Of a stretch of DNA of 35,293 nt, positions 7,446-15,915 are shown one piece after another. The notes beneath the pieces were generated by a model. The model saw only the letters and a list, made by a program, of their open reading frames with translations, was not told the DNA's origin and searched no databases. The translations under genes and the position numbers were made by a program. This DNA comes from Nanobdellota archaeon (GTDB lineage Archaea; Nanobdellota; Nanobdellia; Woesearchaeales; JACPBV01). Positions within the stretch are counted from its first letter, which is position 1. Each line of letters begins with the position of its first letter. The stretch is taken from positions 1 to 35,293 of the forward strand of contig JAQBWB010000002.1 of assembly GCA_027623355.1 (NCBI GenBank), given 5' to 3'.

Positions 7446-9730
7446 AATCGAAACCCAAAATAACCCAGAACAATAAAGATACTCAGCAGTGTAATCCAAA
7501 CACCAACCACATACGATCGAGGAAGATAACTAAACTGCAGACTTTCAACTGAACCATCCAGGTACAAAGCAGTATTCATCCGATTAGCAATAATTAAGTC
7601 ATGACTTTTGCCCCGATCATCTTCAGCTTTCCATCCTTTAAACTGTGAAAACTTCTCGCTGTATACCAAAAATCCTTTTTCACCCGTAACATCAACCGTA
7701 CGATGATCAAAGTCCGACATCACAATAACATCATCATCAATCATCCGCAAACTAGTATTAAATGAATCAAGCACAGCAATCAACCGAGCATCCGAAAGCT
7801 GCTGCTCACCTTTTGTAATATCGGGTAATAACACCCCTCCCTTGCGTACATATTCTTCTAGTAATAGTTGGGAGGAACCATCAACTGAACCTTCAGTAAG
7901 CACAATAGCAGAATATTTACTCAATGCAGTCATCGAATAATCGCCTATAGTAGCCTTACCCTGCAATAGAGTCATATGGCTAGGATTGTAAGAGGGATGC
8001 AACATTAACCCATAACTCATCTGAACAACAGCATCTTCTTTACCTACAACAAGAATAGCATCATCAATCATGTACGCTCGTGGCAGGAACTGTGTATTTT
8101 CATACACATACGGGCCCCATCCCTTATCCAGATGCTCATCCGGACTTGGAAAGCAGATAGTACAATCATCAAACCGCTTAACAAACCTAAATCCAGAAAG
8201 ATTCAAGGGTTCACGAGCAGTCAAATACTTCACATTTAATATTCCCCAGAATCGTGCAGGATCTCTAAACGAAACACCCAAATATTCATTCATATATTTA
8301 GGGTTCCAAATAGTATCATATTTGTAAATGTGCTCTAACCGTAACGGAACGTTGTAAAAGTCAGTTCCCCAGTCAATTCCCCTAGTCTCCCACGTCTGCA
8401 TCCTAAAATGGCCGGGTTGAGAACTTATGAACTGCAATGCATCATTACCAGCAATCGCATCATTAACATCATACCACTCACCCTTTTCAACGCCCGAGTA
8501 CGGGCTAACGTTAAACACCACTAAATTCAAAAACAACAAACCGAGCAATGACCAAAAGAAGACATTCTTCTTAGCAAACCGCTTTGAAAACTCCGCAGCA
8601 CCAAAACCAGCTAAAATACTAAAGCAAAATGCAAACATGAAAATACTTCTGTCGATATAACGCAAACTCTTGAAGAATGGAACAATATTCCAAAGTAGTT
8701 TATACAAACCAAACGTGTTAGTCGTAACTAAAACAGCAAACACACTAGCAATCGTGAAGAACAACACCTGTTTATTCCTCCACCGTTTCCAAATCGCAAA
8801 CGCGCCCAGTAAAAAGGCAATAATACCGACATGATCGCTAATCCCTTTTCTTTGAATATCTGGAAAGCCTTCATACAAAGGTTCAATCAACCGTCTAGGA
8901 ATATCCGAATACTGAATCTGCCTTCCCGAAGACTGTTCCCAAACCGTATTTCCTCGACTGGTATCTCCGATAAAGCTTCCCTGCGGCACAATCCTTTGAG
9001 CACTTAACCCAAAAAACAACACCAAAATAAAAAATGCAGCGAAACCCGTCTTCACCAAACGAGCCTTAGAGAATTTTGAAAGAACATGATATACCAAGAA
9101 CAATCCAAAGTACAATCCAAACCACATAGTAACCTTATTGTCAGCGTTCATCCTAAACAACAAAGAAAACACAATACTCGCAAGCACACTATACTTCAAC
9201 CAATCCTTTTCCATAACCGCCTTCATCCCGAGCATAAACCCTAAAGGCATCAGAGCATACCCAGACAACGTTGAAGACCAACCCCAACTCAACAATTTAA
9301 GCATGTGAGCATTCAAAATATACACAAATGCAGCAATAAAGGCATACCTCCTTTCAAGCCCCAAATACTGTGCAAAGAAGTACATAGAAATGCCAGCGAT
9401 CAAAAACAAGACCAAATAATTCAACTTCAACGCCAAGACCGTGCTAGGAACCAATAGCAATAGCGGAAAGTAAAAACTGTCAAGACCCTCAGAAGGCTTC
9501 ATCAATAAGGGATTACCACTAAACCCATAAGGATCCCACAACGGCCAAAAATCACCATATTCCGTAAGCGAAATCTTCAACCGCTCAATCTGAGGATAAT
9601 ATCCAGTCAACATATCTCTCCCAGGTAATGTAGAATCAAGAAACTGCGAAAGAAATAAAGGCGTAAAAACCAAGAAGAACAACAAGTAAGGCAAATGCGG
9701 CTTTATCCTAGAAGATACACTCTTTCGCAT
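7427..9730 (-). CDS. YfhO-like GT-C-type polytopic membrane protein, paralog 1
   Basis: I start it at ATG 9730 (MRKSVSSRIKPHLPYLLFF..), not at 9967. The longer form would run through the divergent promoter region and into the gene at 9828. Motifs: FWPLWDPYGFSGNPLL loop, ILNVKYL, FLPRAYMIDDAILVVGKED, VRKGGVLLPDITKG. Confidence 0.55.
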   Translation of the reverse strand: MRKSVSSRIKPHLPYLLFFLVFTPLFLSQFLDSTLPGRDMLTGYYPQIERLKISLTEYGDFWPLWDPYGFSGNPLLMKPSEGLDSFYFPLLLLVPSTVLALKLNYLVLFLIAGISMYFFAQYLGLERRYAFIAAFVYILNAHMLKLLSWGWSSTLSGYALMPLGFMLGMKAVMEKDWLKYSVLASIVFSLLFRMNADNKVTMWFGLYFGLFLVYHVLSKFSKARLVKTGFAAFFILVLFFGLSAQRIVPQGSFIGDTSRGNTVWEQSSGRQIQYSDIPRRLIEPLYEGFPDIQRKGISDHVGIIAFLLGAFAIWKRWRNKQVLFFTIASVFAVLVTTNTFGLYKLLWNIVPFFKSLRYIDRSIFMFAFCFSILAGFGAAEFSKRFAKKNVFFWSLLGLLFLNLVVFNVSPYSGVEKGEWYDVNDAIAGNDALQFISSQPGHFRMQTWETRGIDWGTDFYNVPLRLEHIYKYDTIWNPKYMNEYLGVSFRDPARFWGILNVKYLTAREPLNLSGFRFVKRFDDCTICFPSPDEHLDKGWGPYVYENTQFLPRAYMIDDAILVVGKEDAVVQMSYGLMLHPSYNPSHMTLLQGKATIGDYSMTALSKYSAIVLTEGSVDGSSQLLLEEYVRKGGVLLPDITKGEQQLSDARLIAVLDSFNTSLRMIDDDVIVMSDFDHRTVDVTGEKGFLVYSEKFSQFKGWKAEDDRGKSHDLIIANRMNTALYLDGSVESLQFSYLPRSYVVGVWITLLSIFIVLGYFGFRLWKRKN

Positions 9731-9751
9731 ACTCACAATAACCCCAAACTC

Positions 9752-9759
9752 AATAAAAA
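9752..9759 (-). promoter_or_regulatory. TATA-like box for the YfhO/GtrA operon
   Basis: The minus strand reads tttttatt, 22 nt upstream of ATG 9730. Confidence 0.35.
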
Positions 9760-9797
9760 GCTTTGGATTTGACAGATTTAATCCTATTTCAGATATC

Positions 9798-9805
9798 TTT
9801 TTATA
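9798..9805 (+). promoter_or_regulatory. TATA-like box for 9828-10754
   Basis: tttttata ends 23 nt upstream of ATG 9828. Confidence 0.4.
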
Positions 9806-9827
9806 GCAACCATCACAATAAAAACCT

Positions 9828-10754
9828 ATGAAAAAGCAGGTAAAAATACTCGTAGCAATAGCAATCACCCTCGGACTACTGTTCATTCTAGCACAATCAA
9901 TAACACTAGAATCATTAAAACAAGCCTTCCAATCGTTCTCACCAATCATTCTAGCTATAGCATTCATAGCATATGTAGTAGCTAACTATTTCCGAGCAGC
10001 AAGATTCCAAGGAATGTTAGAAAAGCATGTCTCAACTAAGAACCTTTTCGGAATCGTCTGCCTCCACAACCTATTCGCACAACTTCTACCAGCAAGAACA
10101 GGTGAAGTAAGTTTCCTAGTCATGATAAAAAAGAAGGGCATAGCAATAGAAAACAACATCGCAACCTTAGGAATGGCCCGTATTCTAGACGCATTTGTCG
10201 TAGCTGCAATCCTGGTCATAGGAATCCTAGCCCTCCCCACAGCAGAAGCAAATCTCCTAACCATCTCAGTAGCATTGTTAATACTTCTAGCCCTAGGCCT
10301 ACTAACACTCTACGCCCGCCCCAACTGGATAACGATGATCATCGAATGCATTCTACCCAACAAACCAACCTGGCTCAAGACCCTAAAAACAAAAATCATC
10401 GGAACCATCCATGCATTATCCAAAATCCTCCACAACAAAGGAAAGATAAAACTCACAATCAACACCCTAGGCATCTGGCTCTTCATGTATATTTCAACCA
10501 TAGCACTCCTAAAAGCAGTAGTACCCGAAATCACCTTACTAGGCTCACTCTTAGTAGCAAGCCTACCGGTAATCGTCTCAGCATTACCCATCCACGGAGT
10601 TGCAGGATACGGATCAACCGAAGTAGCCTACCTCTTACCGTTAGTCTTACTAGGAATCTCAGCAGAAACAGCCATTGCAGCAGGATTCGCAATTCACTCA
10701 GTAGAATTAATCTTTATGCTAGCAGCTGCACCGCTAGGATTCTTTAACAGATAA
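9828..10754 (+). CDS. Flippase-like / lysyl-PG-synthase-TM-like (UPF0104) membrane protein
   Basis: 308-aa protein with about 8 TM helices. The N-terminus MKKQVKILVAIAITLGLLFILAQSITLESLKQAF...NYFRAARF is typical of this family, which usually lies next to GT2 genes. Confidence 0.5.
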   Translation: MKKQVKILVAIAITLGLLFILAQSITLESLKQAFQSFSPIILAIAFIAYVVANYFRAARFQGMLEKHVSTKNLFGIVCLHNLFAQLLPARTGEVSFLVMIKKKGIAIENNIATLGMARILDAFVVAAILVIGILALPTAEANLLTISVALLILLALGLLTLYARPNWITMIIECILPNKPTWLKTLKTKIIGTIHALSKILHNKGKIKLTINTLGIWLFMYISTIALLKAVVPEITLLGSLLVASLPVIVSALPIHGVAGYGSTEVAYLLPLVLLGISAETAIAAGFAIHSVELIFMLAAAPLGFFNR

Positions 10755-11882
10755 CGCATTCTTCCATTTACTAACATACTGTTCCCAGCTAAACACAGAA
10801 GCATAGTACAATTGAGCACCCTCACCGAGAGCATGACGCTTGCGAGCATCCAAAGCAAGTGATTCAACACCTGCAACCAAAGAATCAACATCATTAGCAA
10901 CTATCATCGCATTCTTAGCATTCAGATGGCACCTATGGGACTCAGTAGAAACCGCTAGTATTGCCTTTCCAGCACGCAAGAACACCGTAACCTTCGAAGG
11001 AAACCCATTATCTAAATACCGTAAAGACAAAGCAATGTCTCCTAAAGCAACAATCGAAGGCATCTCAGAAAATTCAGGCGAATAAGTAATCACATTCGAA
11101 TAAGCAGAAGGATCAAACAACGAACGTATATCTCCATCACTTCCCGCAATCAAAAACTTAATCCGAGAAAAGATTTCATGTTTACTCGCAGCTACAGCAG
11201 TAATCAAAGACACCAACATCTCACTGCCCTGATAATGAGCTAAGTTACCTATCCACAACACAACAATATCGTTATTCTCAATACCAATCTTCTTCCGCAA
11301 AGAACTTACAGCACCCATATCTGCCTTTTCGTTCCTATTAGCCGGCACAACAGGCATATCAAAGGACTCAACCGAAGGATACCTCTCCTTCAAATAAGAA
11401 ACCTCCCGAGTAGTAATCGGAACCAACACATCAGCCCCACGAAACACAATCTTCTCATATCCACGAAGAATAAAACTCAAAACCCCACCAGGAGCGCAAC
11501 TTTCATGCGGCAAACAATGCATCCGATACACATGTCGAGTCTTGAACAATTTACGCAAGATTAAACCAGGAAACGCACCATCCTCCAAACTAACAATCTG
11601 TGAATAGGTAGTATGTTTCATCAAGGAATAAGCCTTAGCAAAAAGCAAAGGCATCAATATCAACTTACGAATACTAAATCCAGGTGGAAGTGAAGAAAAA
11701 GGATGCTTAACCCTATGAACGGTACAATGCTCTATCTTCGAAGCATCACCAATAGAGGTAGTAACCAAATCAACCGCAAATCCACTCTCAATCAGAGCGT
11801 GTACAATATTAAGAATAGCTAATGGAGTCCCCCTATTGATAACATAGGGTTGAGGACACAATAAAATAACTTTTTCTCTCAT
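10734..11882 (-). CDS. GT-B fold glycosyltransferase (family 4-like)
   Basis: 382 aa. The N-terminal KVILLCPQPYVINRGTPLAILNIVHAL and the C-terminal FPSKVTVFLRAGKAILAV resemble GT4 retaining transferases. Confidence 0.65.
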   Translation of the reverse strand: MREKVILLCPQPYVINRGTPLAILNIVHALIESGFAVDLVTTSIGDASKIEHCTVHRVKHPFSSLPPGFSIRKLILMPLLFAKAYSLMKHTTYSQIVSLEDGAFPGLILRKLFKTRHVYRMHCLPHESCAPGGVLSFILRGYEKIVFRGADVLVPITTREVSYLKERYPSVESFDMPVVPANRNEKADMGAVSSLRKKIGIENNDIVVLWIGNLAHYQGSEMLVSLITAVAASKHEIFSRIKFLIAGSDGDIRSLFDPSAYSNVITYSPEFSEMPSIVALGDIALSLRYLDNGFPSKVTVFLRAGKAILAVSTESHRCHLNAKNAMIVANDVDSLVAGVESLALDARKRHALGEGAQLYYASVFSWEQYVSKWKNALSVKES

Positions 11883-11900
11883 AAACCGAATAACTTGGAC

Positions 11901-12830
11901 CTAATTAAATGTCTTGCGGTACCAAGCAACCGTTTCAGCAATACCATCCGGTAAAGAAGTAGGGGGTTCCCAATTAAGCAGCTTCTTCATCTTTTCACCA
12001 ATTAAAATCTTCTTCATAGCACCGTCAGGTTTATCCCTAGCATACGTAAAACTACCACTCCACCCAGCTGCCGATTTAATCATCTCAGCCAATTCGCTAA
12101 TAGAAACACCCTTAGTAACACCAATATTCATAACCTCATTCGCCGTAAAAGAATCAAACTGTTCAACAGACCGAATGATAGAGTCAGCACCATCCTCGAC
12201 ATACAACCATTCCCGTATAGGTTTACCCGAGCCCCAAATCTCAATAGTAGCATCTCCAGTATCCTGGGCCTCCATAATCTTCTTCAATAACGCTCCAAGA
12301 GCATGACTCCGAATAGGTTCAAAATGATCGTGAGGACCATACATGTTAGGAAAAATTAAATGAACGGGTTTAAAATCAGCATCCTGTTTACAATACGATA
12401 AGCAAGCACCCCACAACAGACGTCGAGGCATAGCATAACTCAAAATAGATTCATGTACCGCACCCTCCCAAAGAAGAGATTCCTCATATTCACCTAATTT
12501 ACCGGGGTACACACAATTAGGAACAACATTCAATACTTTCTTTACACCACTAGCATGACAAGCCTTAATTAAATTCAATCCAATATGAACATTATCCTCA
12601 AAGATCTCAACCGGATACAGAGCATTATAGCCAATACCACCTACGTGAGCAGCACAATGCACAACAAGTTCAGGCTTCTCAGAATCTAAAAAACTTTTAA
12701 ACTTTTCAAAATCACGAATATCAATGCCCTCGCCCCGACTACAAGAAACAACCTCATGACCTGCAGCCCTCAATTTAGGAACTAAAGCCTTCCCTAAAAA
12801 TCCAGTTCCACCCGTAACGACGATTTTCAT
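11901..12830 (-). CDS. GDP-L-fucose synthase-like (Fcl/GMER-like) SDR epimerase/reductase
   Basis: MKIVVTGGTGFLGKAL is the Rossmann motif. CAAHVGGIGYNALYP, FPNMYGPHDHFEPIRSHALGALLKK, IWGSGKPIREWLYVED and DKPDGAMKK match my recollection of Fcl. Where YxxxK is expected the sequence reads YAMPR. Confidence 0.6.
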   Translation of the reverse strand: MKIVVTGGTGFLGKALVPKLRAAGHEVVSCSRGEGIDIRDFEKFKSFLDSEKPELVVHCAAHVGGIGYNALYPVEIFEDNVHIGLNLIKACHASGVKKVLNVVPNCVYPGKLGEYEESLLWEGAVHESILSYAMPRRLLWGACLSYCKQDADFKPVHLIFPNMYGPHDHFEPIRSHALGALLKKIMEAQDTGDATIEIWGSGKPIREWLYVEDGADSIIRSVEQFDSFTANEVMNIGVTKGVSISELAEMIKSAAGWSGSFTYARDKPDGAMKKILIGEKMKKLLNWEPPTSLPDGIAETVAWYRKTFN

Positions 12831-13915
12831 GCGTAAAACTCCTTGATAGCAAAACTTATGGCATCAATCTGTTCATCAGTAACCTTAATAGACGATGGCA
12901 ACCATAATCCTTTGCCAGCAAATTCTTCAGTAACCGGAAACGAACCACTCACAGAATAAGCCTCCTGCGAATGAATAGGCGGATAAATAGGACGACTACC
13001 AAAACCTTTTTCCTTAAGAAATGCAACCAACTCATCTCGCCTAGAAACATACACATCGATAAACCAAGGTGCAGTATTTTCCAAATCAGTAGCAATAAAA
13101 GAAACCTCTTTAACCTCAGCTAAACCATCCTGATAGCGCTTAAACATTTCCTTCTTACGTGAAACTCGTGAACCCAATTTCTTCATCTGTTCAACGCCAA
13201 TTACAGCCTGCATATCAGTAAACTTGAAATTATAACCAATCGAATCGTGAAAGTCATTTCCACCCGAGCTTCTACCAAAGTCCTTCAACTTTCGCATCTT
13301 TTCATACAGACCATCATCGTCCGTAATCAAAGCACCACCCTGTCCTGTGGTAATAATCTTAGGAGCGCTAAATGAAAAGCTACCGATAGAACCATACCGA
13401 CCAATGTGTTTACCCTTGTAAAAACTTCCAAGAGACTGAGCAGCATCCTCAATAAAGAAAATACTGTGCTTATCACAAAAAGCTCTAACCAATTCTAAAT
13501 CATTAGTCCGACCATTAAAAGAAACATACATCAATGCCTTAGTTTTTGGAGTAACAGCTTTCTCAGCAGCCTCCAAGTCCATACATAAGGTATCCGAAGC
13601 AACATCAACAAACACAGGACTAGCACCAATCATCTTAGCAGAGTTAGGAGTAGCAATCATAGTCATATCAGGAACAAGTACCTCATCCCCAGCTCCAACA
13701 CCAGCAGCTAACAAAGCAAGTGACAAACTAATCGTACCGTTATTAGTAACAACACAATGCTTTGCACCTGTAAAGTCACAAATCATCTTCTCAAACTCCT
13801 CAGTTTTCTTAAATTCAGTCAACCAAGCTCCAGAAGACAGATAGGAGTTCATAGCCGAAACCTCAGCATCATCAATAACAGGCTCCATCTGTGGAATAAA
13901 ATCACTCATCCTCAA
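12827..13915 (-). CDS. DegT/DnrJ/EryC1/StrS-family PLP-dependent sugar aminotransferase
   Basis: 362 aa. The lysine motif is SFSAPKIITTGQGGALIT. The layout GAKHCVVTNNGTISLSLAL ... FFIEDAAQSLGS is as expected for the family. Confidence 0.85.
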   Translation of the reverse strand: MRMSDFIPQMEPVIDDAEVSAMNSYLSSGAWLTEFKKTEEFEKMICDFTGAKHCVVTNNGTISLSLALLAAGVGAGDEVLVPDMTMIATPNSAKMIGASPVFVDVASDTLCMDLEAAEKAVTPKTKALMYVSFNGRTNDLELVRAFCDKHSIFFIEDAAQSLGSFYKGKHIGRYGSIGSFSFSAPKIITTGQGGALITDDDGLYEKMRKLKDFGRSSGGNDFHDSIGYNFKFTDMQAVIGVEQMKKLGSRVSRKKEMFKRYQDGLAEVKEVSFIATDLENTAPWFIDVYVSRRDELVAFLKEKGFGSRPIYPPIHSQEAYSVSGSFPVTEEFAGKGLWLPSSIKVTDEQIDAISFAIKEFYA

Positions 13916-14321
13916 TCACCTTTTTATCTTTCTCAATTCCCGGGTACGGACCATTCTTGACCTCAAAAACCTCGGTACCATCCTCTAAAATGTGATACGA
14001 ATGACCTCCCAGCATAACCAAGATAGCCTGACCTTCTTTAATCGTAAACTTCCCAATAACCGACTCATCCTCGGCATACAAAGTAACCTCTAATGAACCC
14101 TTCTTAACGTACACAAATTCCTGTGTAATGTTTGATACACGCTCACAAACCTTATGTGAATGAGGTTTAGTAACATAGCCAGAATCATACCTCCAAGATC
14201 CAACCTGAACAAACTTCTCATCCTCAGTGTAGAATGATAAACCAGAACCTAAATTATTACCATCAATAATACGAGCATACTCCTTTCCTTCATGTTCAAT
14301 CTTCTGCATATTCTCTACCAT
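13902..14321 (-). CDS. Cupin-domain protein (possible sugar-nucleotide ketoisomerase/epimerase)
   Basis: I start it at ATG 14321 (MVENMQKIEHEG..), 4 nt after the upstream stop. The first cupin motif is PHSHKVCERVSNITQEFVYVKKG and the second is GGHSYHILEDG. It overlaps the DegT start by 14 nt. Confidence 0.5.
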   Translation of the reverse strand: MVENMQKIEHEGKEYARIIDGNNLGSGLSFYTEDEKFVQVGSWRYDSGYVTKPHSHKVCERVSNITQEFVYVKKGSLEVTLYAEDESVIGKFTIKEGQAILVMLGGHSYHILEDGTEVFEVKNGPYPGIEKDKKVIEDE

Positions 14322-14325
14322 AGTA

Positions 14326-15249
14326 TTAGTACCGCTTATAGCTGTATAATGTTTTATCCTTATAATAATTTTTAACACAAATATCTGCAATAATACCAGA
14401 GACAATCAAGTTCAATCCAATCAGAACTAAAAAGATTGCGACCGTAGGCAAAAAGGTATTAGACAAATCAACATCCTGAAAGATCTTCAAGTAAATAGAA
14501 AAGAGACCAGACACAAAACCAAGGAAACCTACCGATAACCCTAAGAATCCAAATACATGAATAGGTCTATTGGAATACTTCTGCCAGAACCACACCAAAA
14601 TAAGATCCATAAATCCCTTAAATAAGCGAGACATCGAATATTTAGTCTTACCATGTTTTCTGGCACGGTGATTCACCTTAATCTCACCCACGTTAAACCC
14701 TTTCCAAGTAAGTAACGCAGTAATATAGCGATGCATCTCACCAAATAATCGTAAATCTTCTAGACATTCTTTTTTATATACCTTAAGCGAACATCCAGAA
14801 TCATGAATCTTCTCACCAGTCATCCATCTTCGCAGAGGATTAGCGAGTGCAGAAAAGAATTTTTTAGAAAGTGAATCACGTCGAGCTGTTCTCCAACCAC
14901 TAATAGCGTCATACTTATCAGTTAAAGCTTCCAACATCAAAGGAATATCATGAGGATCATTCTGAAGATCGCTATCCATAACAACAACCACATCACCCGT
15001 AGCTTCTGTAAAGCCAGCCTCCCATGCAGAGCTCTGACCAAAGTTCCGTCTAAAGCGCAATGCAACAACAGATTTATCTTTTTTCTTAATCTGCATAATC
15101 TGCTTAAAGGTACCATCCGTCGAACCATCATCAATGAAGATAATTTCATACGTATGCTTCATCGAATCTAGCACCGATTTCAACTCGGAATACAAAGGAA
15201 CCATGTTAGCAGATTCATTGTACGTTGGCAAGATAATGCTTAATTTCAT
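14326..15249 (-). CDS. Polyprenyl-phosphate glycosyltransferase, GT2 with C-terminal TM pair (GtrB/ArnC/CsbB-like)
   Basis: MKLSIILPTYNESANM...IFIDDGSTDGT...VVMDSDLQNDP is the GT-A domain. Two C-terminal TM helices follow (VFGFLGLSVGFLGFVSGLF and TVAIFLVLIGLNLIVSGII). Confidence 0.8.
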   Translation of the reverse strand: MKLSIILPTYNESANMVPLYSELKSVLDSMKHTYEIIFIDDGSTDGTFKQIMQIKKKDKSVVALRFRRNFGQSSAWEAGFTEATGDVVVVMDSDLQNDPHDIPLMLEALTDKYDAISGWRTARRDSLSKKFFSALANPLRRWMTGEKIHDSGCSLKVYKKECLEDLRLFGEMHRYITALLTWKGFNVGEIKVNHRARKHGKTKYSMSRLFKGFMDLILVWFWQKYSNRPIHVFGFLGLSVGFLGFVSGLFSIYLKIFQDVDLSNTFLPTVAIFLVLIGLNLIVSGIIADICVKNYYKDKTLYSYKRY

Positions 15250-15272
15250 AGTCGTCTAGGGTTAAAATTCGC

Positions 15273-15280
15273 TATATAAA
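15273..15280 (-). promoter_or_regulatory. TATA box for the GT2-led operon
   Basis: The minus strand reads tttatata, 24 nt upstream of ATG 15249. Confidence 0.5.
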
Positions 15281-15428
15281 CATTTGTTTTCCACCAGTAT
15301 GTTCCACTGGGGGGATGCAAATGTGCTCAATCACCATCAAAGTGGTTATCGACACATTTGTTTTCCACCAGTATGTTCCACTGGGGGGATGCAAATGTGC
15401 TCAATCACCATCAAAGTGGTTATCGACA
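15281..15428. repeat. Perfect tandem duplication, 2 x 74 bp
   Basis: 15281-15354 and 15355-15428 are identical (catttgttttccaccagtatgttccactggggggatgcaaatgtgctcaatcaccatcaaagtggttatcgaca). The pair fills the gap between the hldC stop and the GT2 TATA box. Confidence 0.95.
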
Positions 15429-15435
15429 GCTTCGC

Positions 15436-15915
15436 CTAACCCTGTAACCTCCCAATTATTGAGGTAGTTGAATACCCATCTAAAAGCGTAACAACATGAA
15501 TTCTACCGCCATTTTTCTTTACAGTAGCACTTTCAATACAATCCTCGCCATACTCACTCCCATTGACATGCACCTCAGGTTTCAATACCTCGAGCAGCGC
15601 ATCAGGAGTCTCCTCTGAAAATATAGTAACATAATCAACACAACCTAACCCAGCAAGCACTCTAGCTCTATCCACATCAGAATTAATTGGACGCGAATCA
15701 CCTTTATTCCTCTTAACAGAGGCATCATCATTAACTCCAACAATCAACACATCACCCTGCTTCCGAGCTTCCTCTAAAAACGCAACATGACCTGCATGTA
15801 AGATATCAAACGTACCATTACACGTAACAATATTCTTTCCAGAAGATCGAAGACCATCAACAAGCGAAATCAATTCTTCGCGACTTTTAACCTTACCACT
15901 AGTAAGCATGTTCAA
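15436..15915 (-). CDS. hldC: D-glycero-beta-D-manno-heptose 1-phosphate adenylyltransferase (HldE domain II as a stand-alone protein)
   Basis: NGTFDILHAGHVAFLEEARKQGDVLIVGVNDDASVKRNKGDSRPIN is the cytidylyltransferase-fold HxGH motif. It closely resembles the C-terminal half of E. coli HldE. Confidence 0.85.
   Translation of the reverse strand: MNMLTSGKVKSREELISLVDGLRSSGKNIVTCNGTFDILHAGHVAFLEEARKQGDVLIVGVNDDASVKRNKGDSRPINSDVDRARVLAGLGCVDYVTIFSEETPDALLEVLKPEVHVNGSEYGEDCIESATVKKNGGRIHVVTLLDGYSTTSIIGRLQG

Noticed and set aside
4774-9730. The two large membrane proteins as AglB/STT3 oligosaccharyltransferases
   Set aside because: The WDPYG-like string in paralog 1 lies in the first external loop near the N-terminus, not after the TM domain where the STT3 WWDYG motif sits, and paralog 2 lacks it. 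The ILNVKYL and LPRAY motifs fit YfhO-like proteins better. No AglB is evident in this window.
7427-9967. Longer 846-aa form of the YfhO-like protein; similarly the long forms 13902-14405, 1672-2349, 7071-7499 and 31821-32450
   Set aside because: The N-terminal extensions run through promoter regions or neighbouring genes and contain no convincing protein sequence. Internal ATGs give proper spacing to TATA boxes or upstream stops. For the first case, the trimmed protein is 768 aa against 766 aa for its paralog.
10346-10747. 133-aa ORF inside the flippase-like gene (alternative frame)
   Set aside because: Same reasoning as above: compositionally biased, with no start context, and nested in a better-supported gene.
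15281-15428. Possible CRISPR array
   Set aside because: There are only two units, they abut directly with no spacer, and 74 bp is far longer than a CRISPR repeat. No cas genes are present in the window.
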